Shown piece after piece: positions 53,062-63,800 of a stretch of 64,000 nt of DNA. Numbering within the stretch: position 1 is the stretch's first letter; each line of letters begins with the position of its first letter. The translations under genes and the position numbers were made by a program. Source of the stretch: an uncultured delta proteobacterium (lineage in GTDB: Bacteria; Desulfobacterota; RBG-13-43-22); NCBI GenBank assembly GCA_963711835.1, contig CAVQFQ010000004.1, positions 128,001 through 192,000 of the forward strand, in the 5' to 3' direction. Under the pieces are notes generated by a model. The model did no database searches. It saw only the letters and a list, made by a program, of their open reading frames with translations, and was not told the origin of the DNA.

Positions 53062-53826
53062 CTAATCGGAATCCAATTGGGTTCCTTTTTTCAGATGAAT
53101 AAAAAATTCTTTATTCCCTTTGGCCCCCAGAAGAGGGGACTCGACCAACCCGAGAACCTCCAAACCCAGGTCTTTAAAAAAAACGGTTAACTCCTCGACC
53201 ACCTGGGCCTGATCCTCCGGATTTCGAACAATCCCCCCTTTACCCACTTTGCCTTTGCCCACTTCGAATTGGGGTTTTATCAGGGCCACGATGGATCCGG
53301 TGGACCTGATGAGCGGAAGCAAGGCCGGGATCACCAGTTTCAAAGAAATGAAGGAGGTATCCACTACCGCCAGGTCCGCCGTCTCACCAACCTCCTGCGC
53401 CTCCAAAAAGCGGACATTTTTCCGTTCCAGGACTCGAACCCGGGGATCCTGCCGGACCTCCCAGGCCAGTTGTCCGTATCCCACATCAACGGCATGGACC
53501 CGCTTGATACCCTTCGTAAGAAGGCAGTGGCTAAATCCTCCGGTAGAGGCCCCGATATCAAGGGCCACCTTACCGCTGACCGCCAGGTTAAAGGCCTCCA
53601 GGGCCTTTTCCAATTTTACCCCGCCCCGGCTGACATAAGGGGATTCCGGTCCCTTCACCTCCAGCGCCGCTTGAGGATCCACCGCCCGACCGGGTTTATC
53701 CATGGCCTGCCGGTTGACCAATACCTTTCCGGCATAAATCAAGGCCTTGGCCTTCTCCTGACTGGAGGCCAAGCCTCTTTCGACTAACAATCGATCCAGG
53801 CGAATTTTAGGACTTTTTATGGGCAG
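53062..53826 (-). CDS. tlyA: TlyA family rRNA methyltransferase; start approximate
   Basis: RLDRLLV S4 domain, YVSRGGVKL, DIGASTGGF, IKPQFE. Confidence 0.93.
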   Translation of the reverse strand: MPIKSPKIRLDRLLVERGLASSQEKAKALIYAGKVLVNRQAMDKPGRAVDPQAALEVKGPESPYVSRGGVKLEKALEAFNLAVSGKVALDIGASTGGFSHCLLTKGIKRVHAVDVGYGQLAWEVRQDPRVRVLERKNVRFLEAQEVGETADLAVVDTSFISLKLVIPALLPLIRSTGSIVALIKPQFEVGKGKVGKGGIVRNPEDQAQVVEELTVFFKDLGLEVLGLVESPLLGAKGNKEFFIHLKKGTQLDSD

Positions 53827-55735
53827 CCACCTCTTCCTGTAAGACGTGGAAAATTCCCTCCCCATCCAGGCCATAGAGGTTCCGGATCTTTTTAGGAGGT
53901 CCCTGCTCCACAAAATGATCCGGGATACCCAGAGAACGAACCCGGATCCCCCGGCAGCCCAATTGATGCAAGCGCTCCATTACCCCGCTTCCAAAACCAC
54001 CTTGGATCATATTTTCCTCAACGGTAACCAGCAGGGAAAATTTTTCATTCAAGGAAGCCAGCATAGCATCATCCATGGGTTTAATAAATCGGGCATTGAT
54101 GACTGAGGCCGTTTGACCTTGAAGGGCCAGGCGTTCGGCAGCCTCCAGGGCCGGATACACGCTCTGGCCTACGGCCAGGATGGCCAGGTCCTCCCCTTCC
54201 CGAAGCCGCTCCCATTGGCCTAAAGGGACCGGTTGAGGATCCCCAAGGAGTGAGACCCCCAACCCGGGGCCCCGAGGGTACCTGATGGCCACCGGTCGAT
54301 TATAGGCCAGGGCGGAAAAAAGCATATCCCGCAATTCCTTTTCATCTTTCGGGGCCAGGATGGCCAGATTCGGCAGGGGTCTGAGATAAGACAGGTCGAA
54401 AAGCCCCTGGTGCGTGGGACCGTCTTCGCCCACGATACCGGCCCGGTCCAGGGCCAGGATAACCGGCAGATTGGGCAGACAGACATCCTGGATAATCTGG
54501 TCATAGGCCCTTTGAAGAAAGGTGGAATAAACGGCCAGCACCGGTTTCAATCCTTCCAGGGCCAGGCCGGCGGCAAAGGTAACGGCATGTTGTTCGGCGA
54601 TCCCCACGTCAAAAAACCGCTGGGGAAACCGCCGGGCAAAGGCGGTCAGGCCGGTCCCTTCCCGCATGGCGGCGGTAATGGCCACCACCCGAAAATCCTT
54701 CTCCGCCAACTGAACCAGGGTCCGGCCGAAGACCTCGGTATACGAAGGAGGGCCGCTGGTTTTGGTGAGGCTGGGGTCCTCGGCCTTGACGTCAAAAGGG
54801 CCCACCCCGTGGAAAAAAGTCGGGTTTTTCTCCGCCGGCGGAAACCCCTGGCCTTTACGGGTCAGGACATGGACCAGGACCGGGGCCTCTATGTGGCGGA
54901 TATTTTCCAGGGTCTCAATCAGGGCCTCCAGGCGATGGCCCTTGATGGGTCCGACGTAATCAAAGCGCAAGGCAGCGAAAAGCATCCCCGGGGTAAAAAA
55001 ACCGGTAAAGGAGTCCTCGCTCTTTTTGGCCCACTGCAGGATATTTTCACCGATCCCCGGGATCGATTTAAAGAAGGATTCCATCTCCCGCTTAAACTGG
55101 ATAAATCCCTTGCCGGTCAGGCGTTTGCTCATAAAGGAAGATAAGGCCCCCACATTGGGGGAAATGGACATCTCGTTGTCGTTTAAAACCACGATCAAAT
55201 CCTTGTTAAGATGGCCGGCCTGGTTCAATCCTTCAAAGGCCTCCCCGGAAGTCAGGGAGCCGTCTCCGATAACGGCGATGATCTTGGCCTTTTCGCGCAT
55301 CAGCTCTTTGGCCGCGGCCAGCCCCACCCCTACGGAGATGGAATTTCCGCTGTGGCCGGTGTCGAAGACATCATGGGGACTTTCTGCCCGCTTCGGGAAA
55401 CCGCTTAAGCCTCCAAAAGTCCTCAGGGTGGGGAACTGCTCCCTCCGGCCGGTTAAGAGTTTATGGGTATAACATTGGTGGCCCACGTCCCAGATAATCT
55501 TATCCTGAGGGCTGTTGAAGACATAATGAAGGGCAATGGTTAATTCCACCACTCCCAGGTTGGGGGCCAGGTGCCCTCCGTTCTTAGCCACCGTCTCAAT
55601 GATTACCGAGCGGACCTCCTGAGCCAGTTCCTTGAGTTCCAGGATGGAAAGGTTCTTCAGGTCAGCCGGCCCTAAGATCCGGTTCAGTATTTTTATCGGT
55701 TGGTTAACGACGGACAATTTATCTTCCTGAATCAT
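53807..55735 (-). CDS. dxs: 1-deoxy-D-xylulose-5-phosphate synthase
   Basis: WDVGHQCY, GDGSLT, DVGIAEQHAV, YSTFLQRAYDQ. Confidence 0.97.
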   Translation of the reverse strand: MIQEDKLSVVNQPIKILNRILGPADLKNLSILELKELAQEVRSVIIETVAKNGGHLAPNLGVVELTIALHYVFNSPQDKIIWDVGHQCYTHKLLTGRREQFPTLRTFGGLSGFPKRAESPHDVFDTGHSGNSISVGVGLAAAKELMREKAKIIAVIGDGSLTSGEAFEGLNQAGHLNKDLIVVLNDNEMSISPNVGALSSFMSKRLTGKGFIQFKREMESFFKSIPGIGENILQWAKKSEDSFTGFFTPGMLFAALRFDYVGPIKGHRLEALIETLENIRHIEAPVLVHVLTRKGQGFPPAEKNPTFFHGVGPFDVKAEDPSLTKTSGPPSYTEVFGRTLVQLAEKDFRVVAITAAMREGTGLTAFARRFPQRFFDVGIAEQHAVTFAAGLALEGLKPVLAVYSTFLQRAYDQIIQDVCLPNLPVILALDRAGIVGEDGPTHQGLFDLSYLRPLPNLAILAPKDEKELRDMLFSALAYNRPVAIRYPRGPGLGVSLLGDPQPVPLGQWERLREGEDLAILAVGQSVYPALEAAERLALQGQTASVINARFIKPMDDAMLASLNEKFSLLVTVEENMIQGGFGSGVMERLHQLGCRGIRVRSLGIPDHFVEQGPPKKIRNLYGLDGEGIFHVLQEEVAAHKKS

Positions 55736-55737
55736 GG

Positions 55738-56652
55738 CTAACGATCACGGGTTAGGACGTAAGAACCCACCTCCATTAAGGGGATGGCCCTTGGGCCGAA
55801 AGGGCTCAAGGCCTGGTTGGCCTGGGTCAGCAATCGTTCCGCCGCCTTCCGGGAACCATCCAAACCGACCAGGGCCGGGTAGGTGGCCTTTTTCCGCCGG
55901 GCATCGGTCCCGATGCCTTTACCCATCAGGTGGGCCTGGCCTTCCACGTTCAAGAGATCGTCTTTGATCTGGAAAGCCAGCCCAATTCTTTGGCCGAATT
56001 GCCTCAAGGCCCGCAGGTCCCCGGCCTTCCCTCCTCCCAGGATCCCGCCGCAAACCACTGCGGCCGCTATCAGGGCGCCGGTTTTATGCTGATGGATAAA
56101 ATTAAGAAAGGGGAAAGCCACCTTTTTCTTTTCCCCTTTAAGGTCCGCCTCCTGTCCGGCCACCATGCCTTGGATGCCGGCCGCCCGGGCGATTTCCCGG
56201 ATGACGGCTATCCGCTTTTCAGCCGGGACCGTCTTCATCACCTCCCGGCGGCTTAAAAGGGCAAAGGCTTCGGTCAGCAAGGCATCTCCGGCCAGGATGG
56301 CCGTAGCCTGGCCGAATTTTTTATGGCAGCTCTGCTGGCCTCTCCTGAAATCGTCGTTATCCAGGGCCGGGAGGTCGTCATGGATCAGAGAATAGGTATG
56401 GATATATTCAAAAGCGCAGGCCGCCGGCAGGGCCGTGACCCAGCGCCCGCCCACCGCCTGGCAGGCCAGGAGGCACAGGAGCGGCCTCAGCCGTTTCCCT
56501 CCGGCGAAGAGGCTGTATTCCATGGCCCAATGAACCCGGTCAGCGTATGGGCCGGGTTTCGGAAAGTACCGGCGCAAAGCCTCATCAACCCGTTTCTGAT
56601 AAAGAGCCATTTTGGGGGGTGCGGCACCAGCCAAGTTATTCCTCTTCCTCAT
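55738..56652 (-). CDS. ispA: Polyprenyl (farnesyl) diphosphate synthase
   Basis: GGKRLRP, SLIHDDLP..RRG, FQIKDD; xseB-ispA-dxs synteny. Confidence 0.93.
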   Translation of the reverse strand: MRKRNNLAGAAPPKMALYQKRVDEALRRYFPKPGPYADRVHWAMEYSLFAGGKRLRPLLCLLACQAVGGRWVTALPAACAFEYIHTYSLIHDDLPALDNDDFRRGQQSCHKKFGQATAILAGDALLTEAFALLSRREVMKTVPAEKRIAVIREIARAAGIQGMVAGQEADLKGEKKKVAFPFLNFIHQHKTGALIAAAVVCGGILGGGKAGDLRALRQFGQRIGLAFQIKDDLLNVEGQAHLMGKGIGTDARRKKATYPALVGLDGSRKAAERLLTQANQALSPFGPRAIPLMEVGSYVLTRDR

Positions 56653-56872
56653 CCAAAGGAAAGGGCTGGGTTTTCAGACTCCCGTCCTCGGACTTGATCA
56701 GCAACTCCACCTTCTTCTGGACCTCGGTCAACTTCTGGGAACAGAGTTTCGAAAGACGCATCCCCTCTTCAAAAAGTTTGAGAGACTCCTCCAGGGAGAG
56801 ATCCCCGCCTTCCATCTTGTTGACAATGGCTTCCAGTTTCTTGAAGGCCTCTTCAAATCGTTCCTTTGACAA
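56636..56872 (-). CDS. xseB: Exodeoxyribonuclease VII small subunit
   Basis: FEEAFKKLEAIV..LSLEESLKLFEEG. Confidence 0.95.
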   Translation of the reverse strand: MSKERFEEAFKKLEAIVNKMEGGDLSLEESLKLFEEGMRLSKLCSQKLTEVQKKVELLIKSEDGSLKTQPFPLDEEEE

Positions 56873-58232
56873 AATCCAACTCCTCCTTCTTGTGGGTCTT
56901 CTCTACCCGGCAATCCATTTCGCCACGGGCCAGGATTACCCGGATGGCCTGTCCGGGCTGGACCGCCTCGGCATCTTTTACTAGTTTCAAACCGGGCAGG
57001 GTTTGGGTCAAGGCATAGCCCCGCTCCAAAACATTCCAGGGACTAAGGGCCTGAAGGGCCTTTCCCTGGGTCTGGAGACCCATCCCCAGTTTGTTGATTT
57101 GCTGGGCCATGAGATGCTTCAACCTGGTTGTGGTCAGCTCCAGATGGCTTTGGTTTGTCCGGACCTGAACCAGAGGATTCAGTCCCAGGATCCTTTCCCG
57201 GACCCAGCGAAGTCCATCGGTTCGGTTCCTTAGATGGATGACCAATCCTCTTCGAAGTCGTTCTGAATGATCATCCAGCCGCAGGGCCAGGTCGGCCAGA
57301 CGCCGTCTGGGATCCCCCAACCGTCTTTGGAAATAGTGCAGTTTTTCCCAGCGAAAACGCAGGGCCTGTTTCAATCGATAGGCCAGCCGGTTTTCAAGGT
57401 CTTCAATTTTTTCCTCCCATTCGGCCTGGGGACGTATCAATAATTCAGCGGCCGCTGAGGGCGTGGAGGCCCTGAGATCGGCTGCGAAATCAGCTATCGT
57501 AAAATCCACCTCATGGCCGATAGCTGAAATAACCGGAATGGCCGATGCCGCAATGGCCCGGGCCACCCGTTCTTCGTTGAAGGCCCAAAGATCCTCGAGT
57601 GAGCCGCCTCCCCTGGTCAGGACAACCACCTCAAGGCCCAGGGAAGACCGGTTCAACATGGATAGGGCCTGGGCAATCTCATGAGAGGCCGTCTCCCCCT
57701 GAACCAGGACCGGAAAAATGAAGACCTGAATGTTCTGAAACCGGCGGTAGAGGACCCTCAAAAAATCCCGGATGGCCGCCCCGCTGGGCGAGGTGACCAC
57801 GGCTACGGTGCGGGGAAGTTCGGGGATCGGTTTTTTCCGGGCCTCATCAAACAGCCCCTCATCCAGGAGGCGTTGTTTCAGTTTTTCAAAGGCCAGCTGA
57901 AGGGCCCCCCAGCCTTTCAACTCCATCCTCTCCAGTATGATCTGGTATTCTCCCCGGCCGGCATAGACGCTCAAGCGGCCCTGGCAAAGGACCTGAAGGC
58001 CATCTTCCGGCAGGAAACTCAAAGAACCCTGGCTGGACTTGAAAAAAACGACCCGGATCTGGCTGTTGGCGTCCTTTAAAGAGAAATAATAGTGGCCGCT
58101 GGGGGGGACCCGAAAATTGGAGATCTCCCCCTCTAACCAGACCAGGGGAAACTCCTCTTCAAGCAGGTCCTTGATCTCCCGGGTCAGTTCGGAGACCGTA
58201 TAGATTTTTTGCTCGTAGTCCGTCCGGGTCAC
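56853..58232 (-). CDS. xseA: Exodeoxyribonuclease VII large subunit
   Basis: GEISNF, SGHYYFSLKD, RGGGSLEDLWAFN, GHEVD, TPSAAAE. Confidence 0.97.
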   Translation of the reverse strand: MTRTDYEQKIYTVSELTREIKDLLEEEFPLVWLEGEISNFRVPPSGHYYFSLKDANSQIRVVFFKSSQGSLSFLPEDGLQVLCQGRLSVYAGRGEYQIILERMELKGWGALQLAFEKLKQRLLDEGLFDEARKKPIPELPRTVAVVTSPSGAAIRDFLRVLYRRFQNIQVFIFPVLVQGETASHEIAQALSMLNRSSLGLEVVVLTRGGGSLEDLWAFNEERVARAIAASAIPVISAIGHEVDFTIADFAADLRASTPSAAAELLIRPQAEWEEKIEDLENRLAYRLKQALRFRWEKLHYFQRRLGDPRRRLADLALRLDDHSERLRRGLVIHLRNRTDGLRWVRERILGLNPLVQVRTNQSHLELTTTRLKHLMAQQINKLGMGLQTQGKALQALSPWNVLERGYALTQTLPGLKLVKDAEAVQPGQAIRVILARGEMDCRVEKTHKKEELDFVKGTI

Positions 58233-58586
58233 TTTATCAGCCGCTTTCAGAACTCAAATCCCCCCTGAAACCGTTCCTAATCCCAATCGGTTGGGGGGAT
58301 TAACCTGATATATCGGTCCGTTTGGCCGATTCCTAAACTAATAAAGTATTATAACTGGAAAGGCGCCAAAATTCAAATGATTTCGCTTTATGAAGTGACC
58401 TCAGTGTTTCACAAAGTTTGCACGCTGGGGCAGATACAAGAACAGAATTCTGGACAGCCGACAAGCCCCTTTGACAGACCGCCCTTCAAGCCAATGCCTC
58501 CTGGGTGAAATGGATCGGTGAGTTCAACTGACTGGAATACTACGGAGATTTTTTGGGTTCGGTTTTGAGGAATCGAGAGTCGACAA

Positions 58587-59567
58587 TCAGGATGCAAAGA
58601 AAATAAATCCCAAATTCCGGAATTGAGAATCCTGTCCATTGCTTTCAACTTCCCGACAATCAAAAATTACCGGGACATTCTGTTCACCGGCCAGGGCCTT
58701 TATCCTTTCGAAAATTCCCGGGGACAGGCGTTCCATTGAGAACCTCCGCCTGCAAACGCCGCAGGTATAGCTTAAGTTGAGTACATAGGCATCGACGACC
58801 CCTTCCAGCAGGCTCAGAGCCGAGGGAGAGGCCAGGTACGGGTAATTCCAAGCCAGAGGGACCTGCCAATCATCCGGCGCCTGCCTCAAGAATGTAAAAA
58901 TGGACGGCAAGGATCCTTCAAGGTTTCCGCCATTAAAATACAGGAAGCGGACTTCTCCCCTATTGAGCTTTTTCCAAAGATGATGATCCAGGATGGCCTC
59001 AAAATCCGCTTCCCGATCAGGCACTGTTTCTTTTTGACAGGAACGACAGATAGCTACTGAACCGGCCAGGTTGATAATCCAGGCCGGGGACAACGGCGAA
59101 TCCGGGCTCTTGGATATGGAAACGTCCGATATTTTTGCCTGCCAGCCTGCACCGCAAATGCTTGATTCCCACCGGGTCCGGTCCGACCAGCATAGCCGCC
59201 AACACAAAGAACAGTTCTTCAAAAAGTGATGGAGGATCTCGATTTTCAAGTCCAGGAGCGAGGCCTCCCCCTTCCTGCAGGAGGTCAAACCTATTTCCGA
59301 ACGAAATAAGGTCATCAACTCATCATGAAGGTCCAAAAGCACATGCAGCGATTTACTTTTAATTTTTTTCAGACCGAGGCCGCAGGTTATTCTCTTGATT
59401 TCTTGGAATCGGGGCAGATTTTTAAAAGGCGCTCCATTTTTCAGGCAGCGCCTGGAAAACGGTCGGAGTAGGTCAATCTCTGCTGACTTCTTCATGGGTT
59501 CCTTCCCCCGGATAAAAAGGGAAGGCAGGGCCGAGATGGCCCTGCCTGGTGAGTCGCCAGATAACAC
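58587..59567 (-). CDS. Divergent PflX-like radical SAM homolog with degenerate cluster motif
   Basis: CSLCWRLC..R...ICG, SVAICRSCQ in place of CxxxCxxC, LLEGVVDAY; start uncertain. Confidence 0.55.
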   Translation of the reverse strand: MLSGDSPGRAISALPSLFIRGKEPMKKSAEIDLLRPFSRRCLKNGAPFKNLPRFQEIKRITCGLGLKKIKSKSLHVLLDLHDELMTLFRSEIGLTSCRKGEASLLDLKIEILHHFLKNCSLCWRLCWSDRTRWESSICGAGWQAKISDVSISKSPDSPLSPAWIINLAGSVAICRSCQKETVPDREADFEAILDHHLWKKLNRGEVRFLYFNGGNLEGSLPSIFTFLRQAPDDWQVPLAWNYPYLASPSALSLLEGVVDAYVLNLSYTCGVCRRRFSMERLSPGIFERIKALAGEQNVPVIFDCREVESNGQDSQFRNLGFIFFAS

Positions 59568-59589
59568 TATTTTTTAATCTTCAGCCCGA

Positions 59590-60303
59590 TCACTTGCTTC
59601 TTTCATTCGGGTTAAAAAACCATCTGGGCCCTACAATCTTCATGTTAGTACCCGAACTGCTGCAGATTCTCTCCAACACTTTAACTGGACCTGGAACAAT
59701 TCCAATACCTGGATAAGGAAAATTATAAAAATCGACCGTCTCCACGTTCGTCTCCGTGTCGCTTCTAAGCGCTAAGATATTACCCATGGTGCCGAGAAGT
59801 TGGCCCTTCGAGCGAACACCATTTATCACCATATAAAATTCGGGGGGGTAAGGAGGTAAAGTGAAAGGGCCCGCTGATGGATCAATTCTACAGTCGCCCT
59901 CGCCTTCAGTCGACAGATCATGGTTGACCTTGTAGGTTCCCCGGCATTCCATGTCGTACTGGGACACGGGGGATTTCAAAGGGGCCGTACTACCGACGGG
60001 ATCGTGGGTCAAGGACAGAACCTGCCCCCGAAAGGTATATCCTCCGTGGCCGTCATAGGAAGTGACTCCCTGGGATGAGCCACTGACCATAACCGAGGTC
60101 AAACCCGGTGGGTCAGGGTTGCGGTTTAGGTCCTGATCAAAATTCCCGTAGGCCGAGGCACAGACGAAGGACATATTCGACGCGTAGTCCCCGGTGAGCA
60201 GTCTGTTCAAGTCCCACGCCCCGGCCGGGGCGGCAATAAACACAGCCAAGAGCGCGATGGCGGCGGTAATAAAGCAAACCTTTATTCCTTTTATTTTATT
60301 CAT
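59590..60303 (-). CDS. Secreted hypothetical protein
   Basis: Sec-type signal ending AGA-W; four mature Cys; AGGAG RBS. Confidence 0.8.
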   Translation of the reverse strand: MNKIKGIKVCFITAAIALLAVFIAAPAGAWDLNRLLTGDYASNMSFVCASAYGNFDQDLNRNPDPPGLTSVMVSGSSQGVTSYDGHGGYTFRGQVLSLTHDPVGSTAPLKSPVSQYDMECRGTYKVNHDLSTEGEGDCRIDPSAGPFTLPPYPPEFYMVINGVRSKGQLLGTMGNILALRSDTETNVETVDFYNFPYPGIGIVPGPVKVLERICSSSGTNMKIVGPRWFFNPNERSK

Positions 60304-60376
60304 GATGCTCTCCTTTCATAAGTCCATCTAAGGTTACTGGTATCCAACAACTCCCCTGCCGACACAACCAAGCCCC

Positions 60377-60616
60377 TCACCTCCTTTCCTCTTCCCTCCG
60401 AGGGTGCGTCATATTGTCATTTATAAATGTCCCTTTTTCTGGAGAATCGGCATCTGCCGATTCCCCGGGTGAATTTAAGATTTCCCAGAGCTCATCATAA
60501 CTCTGGAAGGCTTTTTTCCCCTTTTTCCCTGTCTCAAGCACGACCCCTACCAGACTTTTGGGATGGTCCTTCTCAAAGCGGTAGATCCGGATGATGTAAC
60601 TGGCGACAAAGTTCAT
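60377..60616 (-). CDS. Small hypothetical protein downstream of BTAD regulator
   Basis: SYIIRIYR...LVGVV...KKAF..YDELWEIL. Confidence 0.75.
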   Translation of the reverse strand: MNFVASYIIRIYRFEKDHPKSLVGVVLETGKKGKKAFQSYDELWEILNSPGESADADSPEKGTFINDNMTHPRREEERR

Positions 60617-60752
60617 ACTGTGCCCCCAAGAAAAGAACCAACAGGCCTTCTTCGCCTAAATCTGCGGATCCCCGGAAGACCTGACGGATGATATTTTTGG
60701 TTTTAAATATAGAATGAATTATTCTTTTGTTTCTTGAATAACACGGGGGTTG

Positions 60753-60770
60753 TTACAGATATGGTACGGA
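60753..60770 (-). promoter_or_regulatory. Candidate SARP-type operator (heptamer direct repeat, 11-bp period)
   Basis: TCCGTAC-N4-TCTGTAA on the minus strand between regulator and downstream genes. Confidence 0.4.
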
Positions 60771-60823
60771 TTGGGGGGGGATAAAAATTTTGGAGGGGGT
60801 TCGAAAGAGTTATTTTACCGTTC

Positions 60824-63800
60824 TTATGGCGCAGAAGCCAGCAGGCTGTCCCGTATGGCCCTGGTTTTAGCGGCGGGTGCGATATCCAGTTCCTTTTTGA
60901 GCCTTTTCTCAAAACTTTTGTATAACGACAGGGCCTCGGCCTTCAAATCCAGGTTCCGGCAGCAGACCATGGCTCCCTGGCAGAACTCCTCGGCCAGGTT
61001 GTCGACCTCGAGGCCTTTCTGATAACATTCCCGGGCCTTTTCCCACTCTCCGTCTTTGCTCCAGTAGGAACCCAACTTTTCCACCCCGCGCAGGAACTTG
61101 CTGCGCAGCCTTTCACCGGCAGCCAACAGCCAGGATTCCTCCATCTCCCGGCCCATAAAATAGCCCTGGTAAAAACCGACGGCTTTTTCCAGAAGCGGAA
61201 CAGCGGCCCCGGGATCGCATCCATCGGCCTCTCCCAAAAGCCGTTCAAAGGCCCAGGCATCGATCCAGCAAAGGCGATCGTCAAGAGACACCCGCCTTTC
61301 CCTGACCTTAACCGTATCCTCCCTCCCGGCGAGGCTACGGAGACGGTGCAGGGTGGTCCTCAGCGACTGGAGTGCCGCATCGCCATCGGCCTCCGGCCAG
61401 AGGGCATCGGCCAGTTCCTCATCCCGGGTGCCTCTGACCCCGGCGGCAATCAGGGCCTGGAGCAGTTCGAGGGGCTTTTTCTGGGCCTTGCGGGAAAAGC
61501 GGAGGGGCTGCCCATCTTTATAAATGACGAATTGCCCCAAGGTAGTCACCTTCAGCGGCCAGGGCCAATTTTCCAGATGGACCGGAGGATTTTCCGGCAC
61601 CAGTCTTCTCCGGCGGATGATTTCCTGGACGTATTCCACCTCGATCCCCTCTTCCAGCGCCTTCTGGCAGAGAAAGGCGGTATCGGCCGGACAATCAATG
61701 AAGGTATTCAATAACCTCGCTTCTTTCCCCAGGGCCAACGCCTCCCGGAGAGACCTGAGGCCCTTGTTTTCCTCCCGGTTCTTGAAGGCCAGATGGGCCT
61801 GCTGCAGCCGGGCGTTGAATTCCAGGAATAGGCTCTTGATCTGCCGGGAGGAGGCCAGGCCCTGGGAAAGGTATTCCCGGGCCTTGTCATCCTTCCCGCA
61901 ATGATTCAGGATGGCGGCATTCAACAGATAGGCGGACCCGATAATGAACGGAGCGCCGGTGTCGATCGCGAACGCGAAGGGCTTGTTCCCCATGGATAGC
62001 CGCCTGATCGTATTTCCCGAGAATAAGTTCTTCTCTGGCTAAACCGACATAATATATGTTTTGATCACGGGTGGCCATTGCCTTGTTTTCCATTCCCGGG
62101 CTGGTCATGGAAGTGGATAACCGGTTAATGAAAAGGCCCGCCTTTTCGGTGTCATTCATATTCAGTGAATTCTGAATGGCGTGGAACAGTATAAAATCGT
62201 CCAGAGAATGAAACCCCAAGGCTCGAAAAAACTCGAGACCCTCGTGAACGGACTTCTGGCATTTTTCAGGGAAACCCGCCACCTCAAAAAACAATGCCTC
62301 TCCCGAGTAGCCCCAACCACGAATGGGCGACCGAATTTCCAGGGTCTGCGTCAGTGCGCTGAGCATTTCCAGCGCCAGGGTGGCCTTATCAAAACGGCCG
62401 GTGTAGACTCCATAAAGCACCAGATGGAATAGAAGCATCATTCTTTCAGTTTTAAATTCAGGGGCCTCCGTCAGGGCCAGAGCGCGATCCGCCCATTGTT
62501 CTATCTCCGGATGACCCGACTGTCTCTGGGCCAACGCCGAAAACATGGACGTTGAAACCAGAGCCCCTATCCAGGGAGAAGGAAATTCCTGGAAGGGATC
62601 CCGGATATGAAGTTTAAGTTCATCAATCCAACGGTCCAATTGATCATACCCTTTAATGCAGTGAATGATGACCCGAATGACACTGCTCCAGGCCAGCAGC
62701 ATCCCTGCTATCTCCCCCTCTTGCTTGAATTTTTCATAAGACCGCTCCAGGAAATCACGGCTTAAAAGCAGATCAAGAAAACTCCCCGCTGCCCCTTTCC
62801 AGAAAAGAAGCCAGGCATCCTGTTCAATCAGATCGCTTGGCAGCCCGTCCAACCATTCGGCCAGCAGATTGAGCCTTCCCTGCAACGACAGGGTCGAAGC
62901 CTGTTGGAGGATGATCCGTTTCATCATTTCCCGGTCCTCGGCTTCCCGGGCCAAAATAAAGGCTTCTTCGATCTGTCCGGCTGTTTCCAGCAGATGAACG
63001 GCCCTCCGGTTTAAGTCCATGAACATATCCGGAGAGAAATGCACCTTAGCCTGCTTTCGCAAAAAGGTCCTGAACAGGGGGTGATACTGGTAAACCGGCT
63101 CTTTTAGGGATCGCTGATCGATGAAATAATTGTTCCGCATTAACCCGGCCAGGATGGAACCGGCCTGGGCAAGGCCGCTCAGCGTTTCCGCCATTCCGAC
63201 GGTCATTTGAGGCAGGATAGCCGTCCGGAGGAGAAAATCTTTTGTCTCCGGACTGGTTCGGTCGAAAATCTCCTTTCCAAAATATTGGATGATCCCCTCC
63301 TGGGAGGTATCACCAACTTTCCCGGGGAAGATCCCCTGCCTGAGGCCTTGCAGTATCAGGATCAACCCGGCCGCCCAGCCGTCAACCAAAGCGTGCAGCT
63401 GCCGAATCGTTTCCCCTGGAAGATCCCGATCGGGTCTCAATCTGACGATCTCCACCGATTCTTCCAAGGTCAGGCGCAGATCTTCCCAGGTCAATAGAGC
63501 CAATTGTTGATTCGCCTGGAGCCTGATCCATGATGGAGGGGGGGCGCCCCGGCTGATCAGCACCAGGTGCATGCCCGGGGGGAGTTCATTCACCCCCAGC
63601 AGAATGACCTCCTGGACTATCGAATCCTCCGGAATGAACTGGAAATTGTCTAAAACCAGAACCGTGCCGGGTTTTAAGCTGCTGAAGGCTTCCTTGAAAA
63701 AACGCCGGGCAAAGGCAGGTATGTCCTGGAGATATTCCGGAGTTAACAGGGACAGGGGTTTTTTTCGACGGGGATAGGCCTCGTTAAAAGAGGACCCCAG

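Noticed and set aside
58524-58589. Sec readthrough of the TGA ending the radical SAM-like ORF
   Set aside because: No SECIS-like hairpin, no Cys-like context, and another stop follows about 20 codons later.
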